Origin: an uncultured Gemmatimonadales bacterium
Lineage (GTDB): Bacteria; Gemmatimonadota; Gemmatimonadetes; Longimicrobiales; RSA9
Assembly (NCBI GenBank): GCA_963798845.1
Contig: CAWCUS010000001.1
Location: 736,001 to 800,000 of the forward strand
DNA length: 64,000 nt
Reading direction: 5' to 3'
Below the pieces are notes generated by a model. That model saw only the letters and a program-made list of their open reading frames with translations, had not been told where the DNA came from and did no database searches. Positions 30,964 through 40,569 of the stretch are shown here, piece after piece. The position numbers were made by a program, and so were the translations under genes. Position 1 is the first letter of the stretch. Each line of letters begins with the position of its first letter.

Positions 30964-33192
30964 GTGGGACCTCGCCGCCCGCGCCGTTCCGAATCCGCTC
31001 ACGCCGCACCCGCCCTCCATGTCGGCCGCGTCGCCCGGGCGGTGCTTCGCGCCGGGTTGCCCGACGAGCTCCGTTTCGTCCTCGTGGTGGGGCTCGGCGC
31101 CGCTCTGGGGGCGTGCGCGCGCGGACCGACTGCGGACCGCGCCGACGCCCTGACCGGTGACTGGGACTGGTACCGGACCATGGGCACGGAGCCGATCGGC
31201 GGCTTCGAGGGGAGCCGCCGCATGGCGTTCGCCCACTTCGAAGGCACGGACGCCGCGAAGGCGTGGGTTCGCCATCGCTCGGACACCCCGATGTACGGCG
31301 TGCGCGAGGTGCGCCTGGACGGCGATTCGCTGCTCCTGACGCTCGCCGCGCCGGGGAGCGGCGCGCCCGCGTCCGCGGTGGAGGCGGGGCCGGGGGAGGC
31401 GCCGTCGTTCCGGGGGGTGGTCCACGGGGACACCATCGTCGGCCTGCGCTACCGGGGCGCCGAGGCGGTGGAGCGGGTGCGGCTGCTGCGGCGGTCGTCG
31501 ACGCCGGACTACGAGCCGTACACCTCGCTCTGGGGTGATCGCAGCTCCGTGTCCGACTCCTCGTACGACGTCGTCATCGACCCGGCCGTCCCCATGCACG
31601 CGCGGGACGGCACGCTGCTCATGAGCTTCGTGGGCCGGCCGGTGGGCGACGGTCCGTTCCCGATCGTGATGGAGCGGACGCCCTACCTGCGCTGGGACAC
31701 GGCCGCGGCGCGGTTCTGGGCCGCGCGGGGCTACATCTACGTGAAGCAGGACGTGCGCGGCCGCGGCGGGTCGGACGGCGTGCTGGACATGAACGCCGGG
31801 CAGATGGAGGACGGCTACGATGCGGTGGAGTGGGCTGCGTCGCTGCCGGCGTCGAACGGGAAGGTGGGCATGGTGGGTCGCTCGAACCCGGGTCTGTACG
31901 CCTGGTACGCGGCCATCGCGCAGCCGCCGCACCTGGCGGCCATCGCGCCGGCGGTGGCCACGGCGGACCCGGTGCGGCTGGTGCCGTACATCGACATGGT
32001 GTTCTCCCCCACCATCGTCCCCTGGCTCTGTCTCACGGCCATCAAGGACCAGCTGAGCGACATGGGGCCGGTGAAGGAGGTGGAAGCGTTCAACCACCTG
32101 CCGGTCATCGACGCCGACACGATGGCCGGGTGCCCGCGTCGCCAGTTCTGGCTGGACTGGTTCGACCACCAGACCCGGGACGACTACTGGAAGCGGCTGG
32201 GCGTGGAGAACCACCTGGACCGGGTTCGCGTCCCGGTGCTCGGCATCGCCGGCTGGTACGACGACGCCCGGGGCACCATCCGCAACTACGAGGTAATGAG
32301 CCGGCTCCCGGAGCACCCGCCGCTGCGCGTGGTCATGGACGCGGGCGCGCACAAGGGGATCGACTACGTCCACGGGCATTTCGGCCCGCGCGCGCGCATC
32401 GATCCCCGGCTGCTCCAGCTGCGCTGGTTCGACCGCTGGCTGAAGGGCGTGGACAACGGCGTGGACCGCGAGCCCGCGCTCGACCTCTTCATCATGGGCG
32501 ACAGCGCCTGGCGGCAGGAGCGGGAATGGCCGCTGGCCCGCACCCGCTTCACCCGCTACTACCTCCACTCCCACGGCCCGGCCAACACGTCGGCGGGCGA
32601 CGGCTGGCTCGACACCGTCCCGTCCGCCGCCGAGCCGGAGGACACGTTTACGTATGACCCCGGCGACCCCACGCCGTACCTGGTGGACGCGCGCGAGCTG
32701 GAGCTGGCGCTGAACGAGGACTACGCCCCGGTCAACGCCTCACGCCGCGACATGCTGGTGTTCGACTCGCCGCCGCTCGAGCACGAGCTGGAGCTCGTCG
32801 GCCCCATCACCGCCACGATCTGGGCCGCTACCGACGCCCGCGACACGGACTGGCACGTCATGCTCCTGGACCTCGGGCCCGAGGGTGAGGCGAGGCGGAT
32901 CCAGGATGGGATCGCCCGCGCCCGCTTCCGGACCGGCTTCGACAGTCCGGAGCTGCCGGAGCCCGGCCGCGTCTACCGCTACGACATCGACCTCTGGTTC
33001 ACCGGGCTGGTCCTTCCGCCCGGGCACCGCATCCGCGTCACGGTGGAGTCGGCGGCGTTCCCGAAGTACGACCGGAACCTCAACACGGGTGGCGACAACG
33101 AGCGCGACACGGTGTACGTGGCCGCGCACCAGCGTATCTTCCACGATGGCGGGCACCCGTCGTTCGTGACGGTGCCCGTGATCCCCCGCTAG
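30964..33192 (+). CDS. CocE/NonD-family (S15) hydrolase with an extra N-terminal domain
   Basis: MHARDGTLL, ERTPY, QDVRGRGGSDG, GRSNPG nucleophile elbow, GWYDD, C-terminal PepX domain. GTG start after GGAGGA. Confidence 0.9.
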   Translation: MGPRRPRRSESAHAAPALHVGRVARAVLRAGLPDELRFVLVVGLGAALGACARGPTADRADALTGDWDWYRTMGTEPIGGFEGSRRMAFAHFEGTDAAKAWVRHRSDTPMYGVREVRLDGDSLLLTLAAPGSGAPASAVEAGPGEAPSFRGVVHGDTIVGLRYRGAEAVERVRLLRRSSTPDYEPYTSLWGDRSSVSDSSYDVVIDPAVPMHARDGTLLMSFVGRPVGDGPFPIVMERTPYLRWDTAAARFWAARGYIYVKQDVRGRGGSDGVLDMNAGQMEDGYDAVEWAASLPASNGKVGMVGRSNPGLYAWYAAIAQPPHLAAIAPAVATADPVRLVPYIDMVFSPTIVPWLCLTAIKDQLSDMGPVKEVEAFNHLPVIDADTMAGCPRRQFWLDWFDHQTRDDYWKRLGVENHLDRVRVPVLGIAGWYDDARGTIRNYEVMSRLPEHPPLRVVMDAGAHKGIDYVHGHFGPRARIDPRLLQLRWFDRWLKGVDNGVDREPALDLFIMGDSAWRQEREWPLARTRFTRYYLHSHGPANTSAGDGWLDTVPSAAEPEDTFTYDPGDPTPYLVDARELELALNEDYAPVNASRRDMLVFDSPPLEHELELVGPITATIWAATDARDTDWHVMLLDLGPEGEARRIQDGIARARFRTGFDSPELPEPGRVYRYDIDLWFTGLVLPPGHRIRVTVESAAFPKYDRNLNTGGDNERDTVYVAAHQRIFHDGGHPSFVTVPVIPR

Positions 33193-33263
33193 GCAGCGGG
33201 GGACGGCGGCGGGACAGGGCGACGGCCAGCGGCAGGCCGCGCATGAAAGGAGGACGTCCACCC

Positions 33264-33800
33264 ATGCATGGCAATGAGCGGCTGCGTCGGGACCGCCTGC
33301 GCGCGTTCGGGATCGCGATCGCGGCCGCGGCGGCGATCTCGGCGTGCGGTTCGGGCGATGGCACGGCCCCGGAGATCCGCGCCGGCGAATGGAGCGAGGC
33401 GCCCGCCGACCCCTCGCTGCGAGTCCTGGCCACGGACCCCGCCTTCGGTCCGGGCGCGATGCGCCAGGTCGTGCGCTCCGGCGAGGACTGGTCCCGTATC
33501 TGGGACGAATGGCAGGCCGGCCGCTACCCCCCGGCGCCGCTCCCGGACGTGGACTTCGCCGATGAGATGGTGCTGGTCGCGGCCATGGGCAGCCGGCCGA
33601 GCAGCGGGTACGGCATCATGATCGACTCGCTGCAGGACCTGGGGAGCGAGCTCGTCGCCCACGTCCGGACACTGAGCCCCGCCTCCGGGTGCGTGGTGCT
33701 CACCGTCATCACCCGCCCGGCCGTGGCGGTGGCGGCGCCCGCCAGCGACGTGCCGGTCCGCTTCGCCGAGCACCCCTACGTGCACCGCTGCGACGACTGA
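33264..33800 (+). CDS. Lipoprotein with a PrcB C-terminal-like domain
   Basis: AAAGGAGG ribosome-binding site, lipobox ISAC, PLPDVDFADEMVLVAAMGSRPSSGYGIMI. Confidence 0.75.
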   Translation: MHGNERLRRDRLRAFGIAIAAAAAISACGSGDGTAPEIRAGEWSEAPADPSLRVLATDPAFGPGAMRQVVRSGEDWSRIWDEWQAGRYPPAPLPDVDFADEMVLVAAMGSRPSSGYGIMIDSLQDLGSELVAHVRTLSPASGCVVLTVITRPAVAVAAPASDVPVRFAEHPYVHRCDD

Positions 33801-33872
33801 CGGCGGCATGGTCCCCGGGTCCCCTGTAACGACCGGGGCCCGGAGCTCCGGATCCCGAGCTCTGCGATGACG

Positions 33873-33912
33873 AATCGCCCACCTCCCGGACTGGTGCCGG
33901 GAGGGGGCGATT
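33873..33912. terminator. Probable bidirectional hairpin terminator
   Basis: AATCGCCC-A-CCTCCCGG / CCGGGAGG-GGGCGATT stem between convergent genes; T-tail weak. Confidence 0.55.
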
Positions 33913-33970
33913 TCGCCAGGTGCTGCGTCGGCTTGGCGCCGGGTGCAGCGTCAGTCAGCCGCGCTGCCGG

Positions 33971-34759
33971 CTACATCCCGGAAGTGCCGGAGTCCGGCGA
34001 CATGCCCGAGCCGGTCGTGCCCATGTCCGAGCTGCCCATCCCCTGCAGCGCCTGCTGCAACGGGTGCTGGTGCGTGCTCGTGACCTGGCCGCTCAGGATC
34101 TGCTGGGCGGTGACCTGCTGGCCGTAGTAGTTCTGGTTCCGCTCGTCATCGAAGTTGATGTCCGTGGCGCCGAGCGACACACCGGCGAAGGCGCCCTCGG
34201 TATCCGACCACAGAACGACGTCGCCCTTGCCGACGTCAGCCTGCGAACGAGCGTTGTAGTCCACCAGCGTGAAGCCGGAGTTCGCGTTCAGGGAGAACGT
34301 CACGTCGCCCTTGAACTCGTTCACGGCCTTGTCGGTCATCAGGAGCATGGCGATCTGGCCGCCCGTGCCGCCGATCTGCGCACCCACGCTGACCCCGCCA
34401 ATGTCGTAGAACGCCGGGTTGCTCCACTGGCCGTTCTCATGCGACATCAGCACGCCCTGCCCGCCCTCCGCGCCCACCACCACGGCGCCCTTGCCGTAGT
34501 CTGGCACGATGAACACGCCCTTGGCCTGGTCCAGCAAGCTCCACAGCTCCTGGTCCGAGCGCATGTTCTGGACTGTGTTCGCAGCGTTGTTCAGCAGGTC
34601 CATGGCCTCCGGCGCGGCGTTCTCCGTCGGCGTCTCGGCCGGCTGCTCGCTCGCGGCCGGAGCCTGCTGGGTCTCCGTGTACTCGTCGTTGTCTCCGCCG
34701 CCGCAAGCGCCGAGCGCCACTACGCACGCGGCCAGCGCCGGTATTCCGATCCGCTTCAT
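33971..34759 (-). CDS. SYLF/Ysc84 lipid-binding domain lipoprotein
   Basis: Lipobox LGAC; AKGVFIVP, VVGAEGGQGVL, WSNPAFY.IGGVSVGAQIG, GAFAGVSLG, NQNYYG. Confidence 0.88.
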   Translation of the reverse strand: MKRIGIPALAACVVALGACGGGDNDEYTETQQAPAASEQPAETPTENAAPEAMDLLNNAANTVQNMRSDQELWSLLDQAKGVFIVPDYGKGAVVVGAEGGQGVLMSHENGQWSNPAFYDIGGVSVGAQIGGTGGQIAMLLMTDKAVNEFKGDVTFSLNANSGFTLVDYNARSQADVGKGDVVLWSDTEGAFAGVSLGATDINFDDERNQNYYGQQVTAQQILSGQVTSTHQHPLQQALQGMGSSDMGTTGSGMSPDSGTSGM

Positions 34760-34893
34760 CGTCGATCCTCCGTTTTCGAGAGGCGTTCCGTCGTGAATTC
34801 GTCCACTCGTATACGCAGTGCGTGTGCCACCGGAACGGGCCACCCCCTGTTCCGCCCCCCGCGCTTCCGATTTCTCGGGGGTTGCGTCGGCGA

Positions 34894-35814
34894 TCACCGC
34901 TCCACTGGGAGGTCGGGGTGCCGGCTCCAGTCCAGGAAGGAGCCGTCGTACAGGCGCGCCGTGTAGCCGAGGTAGCGTGCCACGTAGTAGAGGAAGCTGG
35001 CCTCCATTCCCGTCCGGCAGTACGCCACTATCGTGTCCCCCGGCTCCGCCCCCGCCCCACGAAACAGCGCCCGGAGCGTGCCCGCGTCCTTCAGCCGAGG
35101 CCGATCCAGCGACACGATGGTCCGGTGCCAGTCCAGGTCGTGCGCACCCGGAATGTGGCCGGGGCGCGGCACCCCTTCGCCCGCTACCTGTCCGCTGTAC
35201 TGGTCCGCCCCCCGCGCGTCCAGCAGCACCACTCCCGGGTGCGTCCGGTGCTCCTCCACCCACGCCGCGTCCACCACCCGCCCGGGCTGCGCCTTCCCCC
35301 CTACCGACCCGGGCGACCCTCCCGACCCTGCCGATGTCGCCGACGCCTGCGTCCCGCCGCTCAGCCCACGCCCCTCTTCGCGCCACACCCTCTCTCCTCC
35401 GTCCAGCAGGGCCGTCCGGCCGCCGAGGCCAAGGACGTCCAGCGTGACGAAAGCGCGCGCCGCCGCGAGAGGGGCCCCGTAAACCACCACGCGCGACGAG
35501 TCCGACACGCCCTCGCCGCCGTACGCCGTCCGCAGCCTCGCAATCGAAGGCACCTGGTTCGTGAGCCCGCCGCGGGACACCGCGATCTGCTTCACGTCCA
35601 GGAAACGCGCGCCCGGGATGTGCTCCGTGGCGTAGCTCGCGCTGTCGGTGCCCACCTGGAGCACCACCACCCACGGGTCCTCCAGGTGCGCCGACAGCCA
35701 CTCCGGCGAGATCGCGACCTCCTGTGCCGTTCCCCCTCCGCCGCAACCCGTCAGCGCGAGCGCGCCGGTCGTCAGCAACGCCAGCCCCGCGAAGCGCTCC
35801 AGCACCGATCTCAT
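34894..35814 (-). CDS. Tandem-rhodanese sulfurtransferase, predicted lipoprotein
   Basis: Lipobox LTGC; HIPGA twice; active-site YCRTG; LYDGSFLDWS. Confidence 0.9.
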   Translation of the reverse strand: MRSVLERFAGLALLTTGALALTGCGGGGTAQEVAISPEWLSAHLEDPWVVVLQVGTDSASYATEHIPGARFLDVKQIAVSRGGLTNQVPSIARLRTAYGGEGVSDSSRVVVYGAPLAAARAFVTLDVLGLGGRTALLDGGERVWREEGRGLSGGTQASATSAGSGGSPGSVGGKAQPGRVVDAAWVEEHRTHPGVVLLDARGADQYSGQVAGEGVPRPGHIPGAHDLDWHRTIVSLDRPRLKDAGTLRALFRGAGAEPGDTIVAYCRTGMEASFLYYVARYLGYTARLYDGSFLDWSRHPDLPVER

Positions 35815-36172
35815 GACCCTCCCATCCGGATGATCGCCGTTCCACTCGAGCGGCGCCCACGCCGCCGCCCGGCGCCCGGTCTCCACGCCCCTGCCCGGTG
35901 CTCCGCCGCCCGCACGATCCAAGCCCGAGTTCCCCGTCCGCACGTGTGCCGGGGACCGATCGCGCACCTTGGGTGTTCATCTGACCCACGGGTCATTAAC
36001 ACTACCCGCCGGGTCGGGCGTCATGCACGGCAGGGGACGCGGCGGGGCGGCCGGTCCCGCTGGGACGGACTGAGAACGGGCTGGAGAACGGAGCCGGGAT
36101 GGGAGAACGGGTGTGGGCCGGGTCGAGGGACGAGCGGGCGGCGGGTGCGGAGCGGGGGGCCGGAACGTGGCG

Positions 36173-37381
36173 ATGAACAGGCTGGCGGACGTGCTCGGGG
36201 CGAATCGGGTGGTGGTCGCGCTGACCACGGCCCGGCTGGCGGATGCGCTGGGGAACAGCATTCTGTTCGTGCTGCTCCCGCTCTACGTGACGCGTGTGGC
36301 GCGCGGGTCGGGGATTCCGACGGAGATCGTGGTAGGGGCGCTGATCTCCGTGTACGGATTCGTGAATGCGGCGATCCAGCCGTTCACGGGGGCGTGGGCG
36401 GACCGGCTGCACCGTCGCAAGCCGCTGATCGTGGGTGGGCTGGTGATCATGGCGGCGGCCACGCTGTCGTTCGTTTGGACGGCGAACCTCCCGGGGCTGT
36501 TCGCGATCCGGCTGTTCCAGGGAGTGGGCGTGGCGATGACGGTGCCCACGTCCATGGCGCTCATGGCGACCGCGACTCAGCACGGCACGCGTGGCGGCTC
36601 GATGGGGATCTACACGACCGGCCGGATGATCGGGCTCGCGGCGGGGCCGCTGCTGGGCGGGTACCTGTATGACCACTTTGGCTTCGAGCCGAGCTTCTAC
36701 CTGGCGGCGGGCCTGCTGGTGCTTGGCGCGATCCTGGTGTGGCAGTGGGTGAAGGAGGTTCCGTCGCAGGTGGACCGGTCGGGAGCGCCCTTCCGCGTGT
36801 TCGACCGTTCGCTGCTGTCGGCGGGCATCCTGGGGGTGGCGCTGGCCACGTTCGTGATGGCGACGGCGTTCACCATGATGGCCACGCTCGAGCCGGAGTT
36901 CATCCGCCGGCTGCACGGTACGGCGTTCGGGTTCGGCGTGGCGTTCAGCTCGCTCATGGCCGCGCGACTGGTGCTCCAGGTGCCGTTCGGGTCGCTCTCC
37001 GACCGGATCGGCCGCAAGCCGTTGATCGTGGCGGGGCTGGTGCTGATGGCGCCGACGACGGCGCTGCTGGGCCTGGCCGGGTCCATGTTGCAGCTGTCGC
37101 TGTATCGCGTGTTCCAGGGCGCTGCATCGGCGGCGATCGCCGCGCCGGCGTTCGCGCTTGCGGCGGACCTGACCACGGCCGGCGGCGAGGGTCGGCAGAT
37201 GAGCATGGTGACGCTGGGTTTCGGCCTGGGCCTGGCCACCGGACCGCTGCTGGCGGGCTTGCTGGGCGCACTCTCCTTCGAGCTGCCGTTCGTCGTGGGC
37301 GGGGTGCTGTCGCTGGCAGGCGCCTGGGTGGTCTTCCGCTGGGTCCCCGAGACGGTGGTCCGGCGGGGCGCGCCGGTCTGA
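36173..37381 (+). CDS. MFS transporter (DHA1-like)
   Basis: Motif A twice (GAWADRLHRRK, GSLSDRIGRK); about 12 TM segments. Confidence 0.9.
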   Translation: MNRLADVLGANRVVVALTTARLADALGNSILFVLLPLYVTRVARGSGIPTEIVVGALISVYGFVNAAIQPFTGAWADRLHRRKPLIVGGLVIMAAATLSFVWTANLPGLFAIRLFQGVGVAMTVPTSMALMATATQHGTRGGSMGIYTTGRMIGLAAGPLLGGYLYDHFGFEPSFYLAAGLLVLGAILVWQWVKEVPSQVDRSGAPFRVFDRSLLSAGILGVALATFVMATAFTMMATLEPEFIRRLHGTAFGFGVAFSSLMAARLVLQVPFGSLSDRIGRKPLIVAGLVLMAPTTALLGLAGSMLQLSLYRVFQGAASAAIAAPAFALAADLTTAGGEGRQMSMVTLGFGLGLATGPLLAGLLGALSFELPFVVGGVLSLAGAWVVFRWVPETVVRRGAPV

Positions 37382-37442
37382 GACCGCCCGGCAGCGGGCG
37401 CCGAGCAACGGCGACCCCGCGGACCTCGATCCGGCGGCCGGC

Positions 37443-38621
37443 TCACCCGGGCGCGGGGAGGCGGAGCGCGAACGTGGCGCCGGGACGGTCGGTCGGCTCC
37501 ACCTCCAGCTCGCCGTCCATGAGGCCGGCGACGGCGCGGGCGAGGGAGAGGCCGAGGCCGAAGCCGGACCCGGTCTCGGTCAGGCGGCGGTAGGGCTGGA
37601 AGATGTCGTCGGAGTGCGCGGGGTCGATCCCGGGTCCCTGGTCGTGCACGCGGATGGTCACGCGTGCAGGCGGGCGCGGCTCCCGGGCCGCGTCGACGCG
37701 GATGGTGGTGTGGGCCGGGGAGAACTTGATGGCGTTGTCGAGCAGCTGCACGAGCACCTGCCGGAGGCGGTGCTCGTCGGCGATGACGTCCAGGTCGTCG
37801 GCGACCTGCACCTCCAGGTCGACCTCCGCCTGCTTCGCGGGGAACGCCACCACCTCCAGGCTCGCCTGTGCAACCGGGCGGAGCGGGAGGGGGTGGCATT
37901 CGACCGTGAGCCGCCCCGCCGTGGCCAGCCCCAGCTCGAGGGCGTTGCCCACCAGCGTGTCCACGTGGCCGATCAGCGTCTCGAGACGGCTCACGGCCGT
38001 TTCCTGGCCGTCCGTGAGCGGGCCGTACACGCCGGTGCGGAGCAGGTGGAGGTAGCCGCGCATGGAGCCGAGGGGCGAGCGCAGGTCGTGGCCGACCATG
38101 CGCAGCGCCTCCTCGCGCCGCGATCCCTGCGTCTCCAGCTCGTTCAACCGCCGCTGCATCCCGGCCGCCGTGGTCTCCCGGCGCTCCCCCTCCAGGGCGA
38201 CGGAGGCCTGGTCGGCGAGAGCGGAGAGCAGCCACTCGTCCCGCTCCGCCGCAGGCCGGTCCTCCGGCAGGAGCACCGCCAGCAGTCCCGTCACGGCACC
38301 GCGCACCACGAGTGGCACGCCCAGGAATTGCTCCCTCGCTCCCGGCCCGAACACCGAGCTGAGGCGCGAGATCAGCGTCTCGTCGAGCGGCTCGCGGAAC
38401 CGCTCCATGATGGCTTCATCCACGCCCCTCGCGGCCCGGATGTGGAGCAGACCCTCCTCGTCCGGGAGCATCAGCACGGAGCGCGGCGCGTCGAGAAGCG
38501 CCTGGGCGGTCTCGACGGTGATGTCCAGCACCTCGTCCACCGACGCGGCATAGGTGAGGGCGCGGCTCGCGGCCGTGAGGCGGTGCAGCGCCCCTGCGGC
38601 GCCCTGCGAGCTATCACTCAC
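37443..38621 (-). CDS. Cytoplasmic GAF-domain sensor histidine kinase
   Basis: GAF domain (FLGVPLVVRGAVTGLL), H-box GHDLRSPL, N-box LLDNAIKF, DQGPGI, GFGLGL; no TM segment. Confidence 0.92.
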   Translation of the reverse strand: MSDSSQGAAGALHRLTAASRALTYAASVDEVLDITVETAQALLDAPRSVLMLPDEEGLLHIRAARGVDEAIMERFREPLDETLISRLSSVFGPGAREQFLGVPLVVRGAVTGLLAVLLPEDRPAAERDEWLLSALADQASVALEGERRETTAAGMQRRLNELETQGSRREEALRMVGHDLRSPLGSMRGYLHLLRTGVYGPLTDGQETAVSRLETLIGHVDTLVGNALELGLATAGRLTVECHPLPLRPVAQASLEVVAFPAKQAEVDLEVQVADDLDVIADEHRLRQVLVQLLDNAIKFSPAHTTIRVDAAREPRPPARVTIRVHDQGPGIDPAHSDDIFQPYRRLTETGSGFGLGLSLARAVAGLMDGELEVEPTDRPGATFALRLPAPG

Positions 38622-40041
38622 GACCGCTGGCTCCGGCTTCCACTCTGATCCCGCCCGCCCCGATGGTGAACGGGAACCCGCCCAGCGGGTGGTCGATCCC
38701 CCGCGCTTTCACGACGCGGAGCATCCGCCGGGGCGGGTCGGTCTCGAGGTCGGTGTGCAGCGAGATCAGCACGTCCGAGAGGGTGCTCAGGCGTGACTCC
38801 TGGGCCCCCTGCTGCGGATAGGTGGGGGGCCGCCTGGCCTCGAGGGTCATCACGGTGGTGATCCCGCTCGCCCCGAGGTGCTGGACGATCGAGTACAGGT
38901 AGTCGTGGAACCGCTCGTCGCTGGCCGCCGCCAGCCGGAGATCGCCGAGCGCATCGAGAACAATGCGGCGGATCCCCTGCTCGCGGATCGCCGCGAACAT
39001 GCTCACCACCACGGAGTCGATCTGGAGCTCCACGGGCGACGCGTACTGGAGATGCAGCCCGCGTCTGCGGTATTCCGCCAGGTCGACGCCCAGTGCGGAG
39101 ATCGTGCGCGCCAGCTGTGTGGGGTTCTCCTGGAAGTTGAGGACGAGCGCCGGTTCCCCCTGCCGCACGCCGTCGAGGGCGAAGCTCAGCGCGAACGTGG
39201 TCTTCCCGGCCCCCGCCTCGCCGACCACGATCGCGGTGCTCCCACGCCAGAACCCGCCACCCAGCAGCCTGTCGACTCCGGCGATGCCGGAAGAGACGCG
39301 TTCCTGCGCCATGTCATAGGCCAGGGGCCTGTCCGGCGTCACCAGACGGGGGAACACGTGGAGGCCATCCGCCGAGATCGTGAAAGCGTGCAGACCCTCC
39401 CGATAGCTGCTCCCGCGCAACTTCAGGACGCGCAGGTAGCGCTCGTCCCTCTTTCCCGACCCGTGCCGCGCCAGCTGGATGATCCCGTCCGCCACCGCGA
39501 ACTCCGGGTACTCGGGCACTTCCTCTTCCGAGTACTCCCCGACCAGGAACGTGGTGATGTCGTAGCCCGCCAGCAGGCCGCCCAGTTGCGCCGTGAGGCG
39601 GCGCACGTCCAGGGGCGACTCCGCGAGATCGTGCAGCGCCTTGAAGGAGTCCACCACGAGCAGCTTCGGGCGCAGCTCCCGGATGAGCTCGCCCACGTGC
39701 CGAACCAGGTAGTCGATCCCCTCCGCCAGCAGCTCCTGGCTCACGTCCTGGTAAACGACCGAGCCCAGCATCTTCGACTCGTCGTAGAACCGGAACGTCT
39801 GGAGGTAGGTCAGCACCTTCGCCTGCGGCTCCGCCAGCGTGGAGATGTACACCACCGGGCGATCCCCGCCCGCGTTCGTGAACAGGATCTGCTGGGCCAG
39901 GATCGTCTTGCCCGTGCCCGGCTGACCCATGATGATGTTGATGGAGTTCGACGGGAACCCGCCATTCACCACTGCGTCCGCTTCGGTGTGACCCGTCGAG
40001 ATCCGATCCAGCTCCAGCACGCCGTCCACAACCTCAGCCAT
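38614..40041 (-). CDS. KaiC-like double-domain RecA-superfamily ATPase
   Basis: Two Walker A motifs (GQPGTGKT, GEAGAGKT), Walker B VVDS and VLDA, LRVLKLRG, VFPRL linker, C-terminal LSTLSD. Confidence 0.9.
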   Translation of the reverse strand: MAEVVDGVLELDRISTGHTEADAVVNGGFPSNSINIIMGQPGTGKTILAQQILFTNAGGDRPVVYISTLAEPQAKVLTYLQTFRFYDESKMLGSVVYQDVSQELLAEGIDYLVRHVGELIRELRPKLLVVDSFKALHDLAESPLDVRRLTAQLGGLLAGYDITTFLVGEYSEEEVPEYPEFAVADGIIQLARHGSGKRDERYLRVLKLRGSSYREGLHAFTISADGLHVFPRLVTPDRPLAYDMAQERVSSGIAGVDRLLGGGFWRGSTAIVVGEAGAGKTTFALSFALDGVRQGEPALVLNFQENPTQLARTISALGVDLAEYRRRGLHLQYASPVELQIDSVVVSMFAAIREQGIRRIVLDALGDLRLAAASDERFHDYLYSIVQHLGASGITTVMTLEARRPPTYPQQGAQESRLSTLSDVLISLHTDLETDPPRRMLRVVKARGIDHPLGGFPFTIGAGGIRVEAGASGRE

Positions 40042-40444
40042 CGGATCCTCTCTTCACTTCGAGCAGCTCCTGGACCGTCTGCACGAGCGATTGTTCCGCC
40101 AGCGGCTTGCGCAGGAACGCGTCCGCCCCCGCCTCCCGGGCCCGCCCCGCGGCGGCAAGGATGCTGAAGATGAGCACCGCCGTGCCGTTCAGCTCGGGGG
40201 CCTGCTTGATCCGTCGGCACACGGAAAGCCCGTCCAGCTTGGGGACCAGGATCTCCGTGATCACGAGATCGGGATGCCGGGAGCCAACCAGCACGAGCGC
40301 GGCTTCACCGTCCGTGGCAAACTCGACGGCGAAGCCCGCTTCGCGGAGGAAATAGCCCTCCAGCTCTCGAACCTGGGGATCGCGCTCGACGACGAGGATG
40401 ACTGCGGTTCCGCCGCCGGCGTCGCGCGCCGAGGGATTGCTGAT
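40034..40444 (-). CDS. Single-domain receiver with Glu at the phosphoacceptor position (pseudo-receiver)
   Basis: ILVVERD, DGEAAL, PDLVITEILVPKLDG, GADAFLRKP. Start uncertain: GTG 40546 or 40489, or ATC 40444 after GGAGGGGAG. Confidence 0.85.
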   Translation of the reverse strand: MSNPSARDAGGGTAVILVVERDPQVRELEGYFLREAGFAVEFATDGEAALVLVGSRHPDLVITEILVPKLDGLSVCRRIKQAPELNGTAVLIFSILAAAGRAREAGADAFLRKPLAEQSLVQTVQELLEVKRGSDG

Positions 40445-40569
40445 TGCTCTGCTCCCCTCCGAGGGAAGACTTGGAGTGCGGCAACGCACAAGATTGATTC
40501 GAACTCCGCCCGTCCGCAAGCGTGCGACAGGCCCGCGACGGTTCACTGCATTTCCGTTACCATTCCGTC

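Noticed and set aside
30465..31160. Proline-rich ORF
   Set aside because: It is simply the translation of the C-rich minisatellite; no evidence of coding.
38614..40041. A bona fide circadian clock
   Set aside because: No kaiA or kaiB in the window, the protein lacks the KaiA-binding C-terminal tail, and the catalytic EE motifs are altered; only KaiC-like can be claimed.
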